DNA of 64,000 nucleotides from Candidatus Omnitrophota bacterium (GTDB lineage Bacteria; Omnitrophota; Omnitrophia; Omnitrophales; Aquincolibacteriaceae). The notes below the pieces were generated by a model. The model was not told the origin of the DNA. It ran no database searches and was given only the letters and a program-made list of their open reading frames with translations. The DNA lies in NCBI GenBank assembly GCA_023247055.1, contig JAHFHF010000005.1, positions 18,985 to 82,984 of the forward strand. Reading direction: 5' to 3'. Positions 12,001 through 21,000 of the stretch are shown in pieces. How positions within the stretch are numbered: the first letter of the stretch is position 1; each line of letters begins with the position of its first letter. A program made the translations under genes and the position numbers.

Positions 12001-15000
12001 GAGATGCGGGGAACGGCGGCTCAACAGCCGACTTTGGCTTCTATCTTTTTGATTCTTGGGAGGGTGAGCCGGATGGCGTCTTCGAGCGTGGTGACTTTGT
12101 TTTCAATGGCGCCAAGTCTGTCTTTGACCTCTGTCATATCGAGACAAAGTGAAGCCACTTTTTCACTGATCAAAGATTGGTTCGATTCAAATCTTTCGAT
12201 CAGAACGCCTACTTCCGTTGCAGAGAAATTTTTATCTTTCATGAAGCGTACTTTACTGGATTTGAGGAGGGGAGTCAATATAAATTTTATAAATAATTTA
12301 TTTAATAAAAAACCAAATTCTCTATCTGCGACAGGACGTTGGAATATGCCAGAGCGAGGATTTGCCCGCTCTGAAATGCGGACGCCCCGCCCATCGCCGG
12401 AATGGGAACGGCTCGAGACTTTGCTGAGGAAACAGCCCACGATTGATATTGCTTATACGAACGACTTCAAGCAATTACCGGCAAGTCAACGCGCCGAACT
12501 TTTCAGAAAAGTACTTTACAATGAATATAACCTCTCCACGCAAGGTTCCCATGCCGCGATATTGAATATGCCGATTCCTTCAGCCTGGGTTGTTCAGGTA
12601 CGCAGTTTGATCTATGGTATGCAAGATGCCGAATCTGTATCGGTTTTTCTCAGAGCGCTGCAAGATCCTTCTCTTGATCTCTCGGGTTTTTTTGACGCGG
12701 CCGGACTTCAGTTAAGCGATTTGCTTCGTGAAAAGCCCGAAATCATTTTGCAGTCTTTGAGCGAGCAGGCCCTTAGCCTTTCGGGGCTTGTGGATTTAGT
12801 GATTCAACAGCAGGCGAGTGGGCTTGTCGTTTGGCTTAGGGATCTGTTGATGCATCCTGAAGTCCCGCGAGCGCAAAAGTTTGCGGCAATGAGACGGATC
12901 TATGAAAAAAGCATCGTGCTGCTCAATGAATCACGACCATTAACGCCTGGGCTTGAGACCTTGCTGCCCGGGGCAATGATTTCTTGGGAGCTTTCGCAGT
13001 CAGACTCTGAACCGTCTGTGACAACACAGGATTTAAAGGAGCGCGGGCGCAAGATACGGCTTGAAAGACTCATGGCGCTGAACGACATTTTTCAATTTGT
13101 GGCCTCTTTTATTCGGCAGAATGTTGCAGTGCGGTATAGCGATGTTGAGAATGCGCTGCGGACGCATCCCGAGATCTCTTTGAAGTTTATAAATTTACCA
13201 CTTGCCGTCCGCGCGAAGATCCTTTCAAAAGTGGCGCTTTTTTTCCACAACAAGTATCTGGCGAAGGAACTATTTGAAGATGCGCGCCGCCGTTATTCCC
13301 TTGAGGATTATGAGAGAATGGCTAAGAATATCGAGGCTCTTTCGAGGGACTTAAAACAGGCTTATCGCGACGGAGCGGCGGGGGATGTGAAGTTGCTGCG
13401 CAGCCAGATTCGATATGTTCGCAAATCTTTGAAATGGCTTCACGAAAAAAGAGTAGCGGCCTTTTATCAAGAATTGACGGGGCGGAAAGAAATACCGGAA
13501 ATTATTTATCTTGAACTCGGAGACGCTTCCTTGATTGTCCGCACGGATTTTAAATCGCTGCAGAAGTTAGTCGACTCCCCGCAGATTGCAAAGCCCGTAG
13601 AGCAGTCAGTTTTTTCTCAGTTTTTATCTCAATTCAGCGAAGACCGTCCGGTGCCCGATAAAAATAAGCTGCGTGAGTTGCTTGCAGAGTTTCCGCGGTA
13701 TATCGTTGAAAATTTCCAGAATGAAATGATCGCTTATTTAGCAGGGGGTACAGAACTGCGTTACCGTAATTTTGATGATCTGATTCTGTTTTATCGTGAT
13801 AATTATGCTGATTGGCTCAAAAAATATTTAGAGCGAACCCTGTATCAAGATGCAGCCACGCGAACTCAGAAACAGGAGTTGGCGGCGTTGATCTCTGAAA
13901 TTTGGCAAGGACCTGAATGGAATACTGTTTATCAACAATTGAAGAATGCCAAGGCATTATTGGATCAGCTGGTCGATGCTAAAGCAACCTTGCTTTTTCA
14001 TCAGAGTGAAAACGGGGCTGCATTCGAGAAGACAACGGCTAGGCGTAAGGCTTATCTTGAAGCGGGCACTTCTATCATGGGAATCTTGCAATTTGTTCCG
14101 CTGAGCCGCTTAGCGCCGCTGCAAGACTTGCTGGAAGAATATGAAAAACAAATCCAAACTCAAAATATTTCTCCGAAGCAGCGCCTGCGTGACCGGGAGC
14201 AGCCGTCCATGGTGAAAGCAGGAAAGGAGCGGTCGTTTCAAACCAGCGGATTTTATTCGGACGGGATTATTTATACGCCCCTTGAGTCTGAATCGCTCGT
14301 TATAGACCATGAGACGCAGCATCTGATTCATGGCCTTTATACTTCCGACCACGTGCGAGGCATTTTGCCTTCACAAGGTGAATTTAATGAGCAGCTTTAT
14401 GAGGCCTTGAAGCATACCAAGGCAGCCCGCTCCGAAATGCGGACGGCCAGCCGTGATCAAGATATCAAAGGCGAAGACCTAACCGTAAAAGGGACTTCCG
14501 CCGAAAATTTTGTGATGGATGGAGAAAATTCATCAATTGAAAGATTGCGAAATTTGCTTTGGTCGGAAAATGATCCGCGAAGACGGCTGGGTCAATACCC
14601 GGTCATCATTCAGGATTACGATGCAAACCGGCCAGGTTCCGGAAAAGTGATTTTACGATCTGACGATGACGATGTTGCCACGATGCCTTTTGTTCCCGAT
14701 GACCCCTTTTGGGATGAAATCAATGCGCAACTAAACGGTGGTATTTCACCAGACCATTTGCGGCGCATGGAAGATAAGGCAGGTAAACCCATAGACAAGT
14801 TTTTAAGATCCGTTAAATTTTTTGTCCTTCCTGTGTTCATTTTAATTTTTATAGACGGTGTTTTGGGCGGGCCTGTGATTGGCCGTGCTCCATGGATCAT
14901 GGCCAATTTTGAAAGGGCAATGGTTATGTTAATCCTATCAACTGCCGTTACAAGTCTCGGCGCGACTGGGATTTTTTATGCTAAAAAGTGGTTTTTGGGC

Positions 15001-18000
15001 CGTCGCACAAATCGAAAAAAGAGCGCCGAAAAAATTATAGTAAGGAAAATTGTTTCTAGTAGTAATGATGTTTCCGAAGGCGTCGGGTCTGCAAAACCGG
15101 CAGCCCGCTCCGAAATGCGCCTACCAGCGCGAGCCGAAGTGCGGACAGGCAGTATGGCGGAAAGAATCGCTAAAGAAAGGCTTCACCGCCAAGATGTTCT
15201 GGAGCAATTCCGGGAAATGCGTCGCGATCTTTCAACGCGTACAACCATTCGAAAGCAGGTCGGACCAGATATCTGGGAGGATCGGAAGATGACCGAGGCC
15301 GATCGGGAGAAAGAAGCGCGGCGTCTTGACAGGCAAGTCCAATATGCCCAGCAGCGTTTTCTTTTGGATTCGGATGCCCTGATCGCAAAGCAGCTTGCTG
15401 TGAAGGATTCATTCGCGGCTTTGAAAGGGCATCAATCAGGCGCGTTTGGGGATAAAGCCCGTTTCCGCCATGATTTTGAGTTCGCTGTTTCTAATCGTCT
15501 TGGCTCCCTGTTTAATGAGACGCCTCCGAGCGATGCCGACCTGCTTTTTGTCCAAGAAGCCCTGAAGCAAATCCCGGAAGAAATCTCACGCCGCCCGCGA
15601 TGGATTGCGGATGATCAGGGGAATGTTTATTCCTACATTTCGGGAGGCGGGGAGCGATCCTACTATGCAAATGAGCAGACCGGCGAGGGGGTTTATGTTT
15701 ATGGGTACCAACCGCATTATCCCAATGTTGCTCTGAAACACCTGCAACTCTATATCGCCATCATCAACCGGCTGCGCGCTGCTCCTGAATTCCAGAACTC
15801 GAAATTTGCCATTCCCGAGTATGAAGTCGTGGTCCTGCATCAGCCCGGATTCGAACAAAATTTTTATGGGCTTAAAACAAGGCATATTCCGGGGACGCTC
15901 GCAGGCGCAGATACGACCAGATATAGAGCCAAGGTGGATGCTTTTGTGACGCTGGCCAAACGATTGCTGCATGACATGCTCTATGCGGGCTATTTAGTGG
16001 ACGACGGCGAAAATGCTTTGGGCAAGCCTGATACGCATTTTAATAATTTCATCGAGTCTGGGGGCACTTTTTACGGCGTCGATCTGATCACGATGAGCGA
16101 TATCATCAAAGGCGCGGACAGTCTTGCTCGAGACCTCGGCATCCAAAGCCTGCCGGAAAAGGAAGATTTGCCTGCTTACTTGCAATCCCCAACTGCCGAA
16201 AAAATTAAGGAATTGTTTTTTCAGGCCGTGAAGGACTACCAGAACATCCCTCGCTCCGATGCCGGAACGGAAACCGGGCTTTCTATTTCAGACCGGTTGC
16301 TCATTGCGAGGGAAAAGCTGGCGGTTTTTACGCAGGAGCTCGTCAAAAAATGGCTTGAAGGCGCCTATGATGAGCCGGGAGTCAAGCCGGTCGAACTGGG
16401 CAGTCTTGACAAGCCAGAGGTTGTGCAATTAAAAAGGCTTATTGACGGAAATCGTATGGGAGACGCTACGAGTTACGTTGCAGACAAGGAACACCCGCTT
16501 TTTCCCTATCTTCTCTACCTTGTTCAAAGCGATAGCCTGCCTGTTCCGGCAGGCTTTGCCGGCGAAGCGCCCAGCATGAAAGCGACGCTTTTGGAACAGC
16601 TTCAAAACGGCGCCTTGACCAAAGGAAATTTGAATCTTGGAGACTATTTCCGGGATTATCGCGACTGGGACCAATATGGTTTTATCCGCAAAGAAACCGT
16701 GGTGGCCATTGAGCTGAGAAATGAATTTCTAAAGGGCCTTGTACGGGAAAGGCTATTTTCAGGGTTAGTGCCGGCGGCTTTGGATTCCTTGGACAAGTTG
16801 AGCGCGCAATCCGGTGTTGAGATTCCCTCTGAAATCCGCGAAGAATTTACAACGGCATTGTGGAAATATGTGGACCTGGAAATGCAGCAGCAATGGTGGA
16901 GTGTCAGTTCAGAGCGCTTCGGTCCGCTGGACAGTGTGATCATTGAGAAAATCCGGGCCAGCAGCCGTTCCGAGATACGGATCGGCGCAGCCCTTCAACG
17001 GGCGCTGGCAAAAAAGCGCAGCCCTGAAAAAAGAGCTGAATATCTTAGAGATCTGGCTAACGGGCTTGACGATTTTTCAAAATTTTTGCTCATGGACGTG
17101 ACCTATGGGGAAATTCAAAGAACGAGCCATCCCCCCGGCATTGCCAGAATAAAAGAGAATGTGGAGTCTTACGCGCGGGCCCGCGTGGAAATGTTGCTGC
17201 GTTTTGATGAGGAAACGCGCCGGCGTATTGTCGGGGCCAGCGCGACCGAAGACAATGGGCCTAATAATGAGTACGCGCTGAGATCGTTTTTTAAAGCGGT
17301 CGAGGTCTTCGAAAAGTTACTGGGCGCGGACTATGATCCGGCCGGCTTGCGGGAATATCTTGTGAAAATTTTGACCTACTATTTTACGGGCGCGGAATTC
17401 GAGAAGCGATGGAGCAACGATGCGCAGGATTTGCAGGCCATTGTGGAGGGCGAAGCCTTTGACGCAGGCTTTAATGAGATCACTTATGAAAAGATTTCTA
17501 CGGGCACTTTTTCTTATACCCACAAGCCAACCGATGAATGGCTTGGATACGACAGCCGGGTAGTTTTAAAATATACGGACGAAGTCTCGCAAAGAAACGA
17601 ATTTTACAGGTTGACCGGGTTTTATCCGGAAAACGTCCACGACAAACAAGACCTTTTTGCCCCGCCCTATTTTTATTATTCGCAGTTGATCAAAGCCCAT
17701 GTGAATCCCCGGGATCAGGATTTGACAGTTGTTTACGGGGACCTGCGCTACAACAGTAATATCGCGATCCTTCTGATGCAAACCAATGCCGCAAAAGCTT
17801 ATTTGCCTGCCCGCAATAAAGGAACACTTGAGGAAGCACAGGCGGCTCTGGAAAGCTGGGATTTTGAAGAAATTCGCACAAGGGCGGAAGGGCTTGCCCG
17901 GCCTGTGAATGCGCCATTGAGCCTGGGAGGATTCACACAACAGGTCGCCTATGGGAAAAATTTTGCTAAAGCGGTAGTCAATGAACTCAAAGGTCTTGGC

Positions 18001-21000
18001 CTAAAAAAAGAAGATGTGCATGTTTCTCGAGACGAAAAGGGACGCCTCGTTTTTAAATTTCCGTGGGGTTATCCAGGGACGCAGGAGAAAAAAATTCGCA
18101 CGATTATTTTTTCAGATACCGATTTAATCGATGAGGGGGAAAGAAAAAGTTTCATTCAAACGCTCGCCGGCGAAACCATCCATCTTTATTATGAACACCC
18201 GGGCCAAATTAATTTGAGTGGGGAAAGCCTTGAAGCCAAAAATGAATACCCCGCGCTTCTAGCGGACATGGCCAATCTGTTGCCGCCAGACGGGCGGATC
18301 GTGACCGGCCAGTATGATTCCTGGGGCGGGCGGATTGAAGACCGAGGCGGAAATGACGAGAGTGCCGGACGAAACGTTTTGGCCCAGAGTTTTGTTCCGG
18401 AAGATCTTTCGCGGAGTGCACAATGGTGGAGCCGTGGGATTCCGGAAGCACATCGCTTGGGTTTTGGAGGAAACACCCGGATTTTTAAAAGAAGCGGAGG
18501 AGCAGTGGTCTCTCCAGAAACAGCCAGGCCTTCTCTCGAGCAAATACTGCCGCATCGTGAGCAGCCCCTTCGTTTTGCAGGTGATACGAGGATCGACTTC
18601 AAGGCTGTCCCCGACACGAATTATTTTCTCGCCTACGTAAAACAGCTTACCGAGGGAGCAAAGTATTTAAAAGCTTTTGTGGATGCGGTCAATTACCCCG
18701 GAGAAGTTTTGAATGCCGATGCGAACGGAAGAATTGCCAATGATCCGGATCAATTAATTCAAGAAGCTTTTGACCATATCGTCCGTATACGTCAGGGTGA
18801 GGAACAGGCGAATCGCGGCAGAAAAGAATTGGGTTTTGACTCGAAGAATGATTTTAATGATCTGAGCAGGCCGGAGAACCTAGTGGCCATGATGTCCTAC
18901 CTGGCGTTTGGCGAAGTCCTGCCCTGGGACAATGCGGATGACACCTTGAAAGGGCGCTTGCAAAAAGCGCAAAGTCTTGCGCGGTTGTTTGATGAGGCTT
19001 TGCCCCCAACGGAAGATGTGGAAAATGCGGCTCTTCAAACCATCGCCTATAAGGATTCCAAAAGGGCCCGTGGAATTCTTTTGGAAACAGTGGCGGTTTT
19101 TGCGTTAATTGAGGAAATGATCTTAGACTTTGAAAGCAAAGGGGAAGGGACGGATAAAAGTCTGACTTTCGATCAATTTATTCAGGCAGTCCAGAACGAA
19201 CTCAAAGAGATAAAAGAAACTTGGGGCAATAAGCCGAGAGCTCTTGCCAGAACAGAGGATAAAAAGGGAAGAAAGCGGCTGCGCAGAACACAACAGGAGG
19301 AAAGTCTTGTTCATATTCTCATTGAAGACGACCTCAAGGGAATCAAGCAGCTTGCAGAACGCGCCTTGAACATGGCTTTCGGCTACCGGCCTCAAGACCA
19401 AGGCACGGTGGTGACGCTGCCCCGCTCCGAAGTGCGGAGCATTGTGAACGAAGGGCTTCCCGAGACTTATCCTGGGCGAGATATATTCAGCGCTAAAAAT
19501 ATTCTTGAGGGAACGCCGCTGTGGGAGAAATTGAAAGAGTTTAATCATGGAAAATATCCGGCAGTGATTAATGTTTCCGCACAAAGTACTAAAGCCGCGA
19601 AGGAGTCTTTTGACCGGCAAGTTCAGCATCTCGATAAGAAAGAGATCGTTTATGTCTACTTTCAGATCGAAAATAAAGGCCGCATTACTCATCTTGTCAA
19701 TGTGGATGAAGTTCAGGCGATTGATTCGGAAAACCCCGCGCCGCTTGGACGGCACCCTTTTGTTCTGGCATGGATTGAAGATTCTATAGCTCAAAATTTG
19801 CATTTTACCAGAGTCTCTTTGGGCAAGAACGACTCCGGTCAAGCGAATGATCCGCTGCGCGGGCAGGGCCTCATGAAGCCCGTTTTTGGGCGAATGGAGT
19901 CACTCATAAAATCTCGTTTTCAGGGCTGGACAATCTCTTCCCTGGCGCTGGATGAAAGCGGAAGTGTTCAAAAATTCCTTTCCCATTTTTCAGGAGTGCG
20001 GCACATCACCACGGCACAGGAGGTTCTTCTTGACGATCGCGGTTATGAAAAAATAAGTGAGGGTGATCCGCAGCGATGGGGAAAATTTGTTATGGGCCGT
20101 ATCGCGGCTGGAAGAGATCGCTTGGATCAACCCGCGGCGTATGGTGAAGATAACAAACAGTTAGAAAATTTTTTAAATGAAAGAATTTCAGAAATTCAAG
20201 CTCGCCTTGCTCATTTAAGAGAGGATGTTCAGCACAGGCTTGCCGTGTTGCAAGCGAATTGGGATCAGGAAAGAAGCGATGCTCCACGAAAGGCCAGCCG
20301 TGTTATTTCCGCTATGATAGATCTGATGCGTGGGGATCCTGCCCGTGTGCTTATGTTGGAAGATATTGAGAGGGATCACCAAAGAAAAGGGCTTGATTAT
20401 GGGCAAGAGCAGACGCGTCATCTGGAGAAGGCTCTTCTAGGCCGTATTGAATATAAACAAAAAATCATCAAGAACTCAATTGTATCGCCAGTCATAGTTC
20501 TGGAAAGACAGCTTCACTTTTTTGAAGCAGCACTTCGGTCGCTGCAAGGCGGTGAGGACGCCGCAGGAGCAAGCTTTAAAGCAGAACAAAATGCCGAAAG
20601 ACTCTTTGACAAACTTGCTGAGACTGGCTATGTCGGGGCATGGAATTTTGAACTGCGGGCCAAGGATAAAACGGGCCGTGAGGTTGAAAGATGGAGTGAG
20701 GCGGAAACCCTCGTATTGGAGGTGCGGCTTAAAACGGATGTCGTGGGGCAAATTGCTCTTGATAGGACGCAGCTTCAATTAGCGGGAGACATCTATAAGG
20801 TTTTAGGTGAGAAATTAGCAAGCTTAAAACCGGCTGATTTAACAGGGGCTCAAGAAAGTTTCCGCGCATTTTTTTTAAAAGATCTTGCTCAGTTAAGCCA
20901 GTCGGAGTCTGCTGATATCACAAGAAATACTCGAGATCGTGAGGAGATAGCTTTTGATATGGCCAGTCGTGTTTTGGTTGGCTTTTCTAAAAAAATAGTT

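Noticed and set aside
19123-19842. 239-aa minus-strand ORF, along with other antisense ORFs inside the giant gene such as 12021..12440 and 17566..17940.
   Set aside because: They lie antisense to a strongly coding frame and have junk-like composition. The ones at 9390..9722 and 10668..10940 are mirror images generated by the palindromic element.
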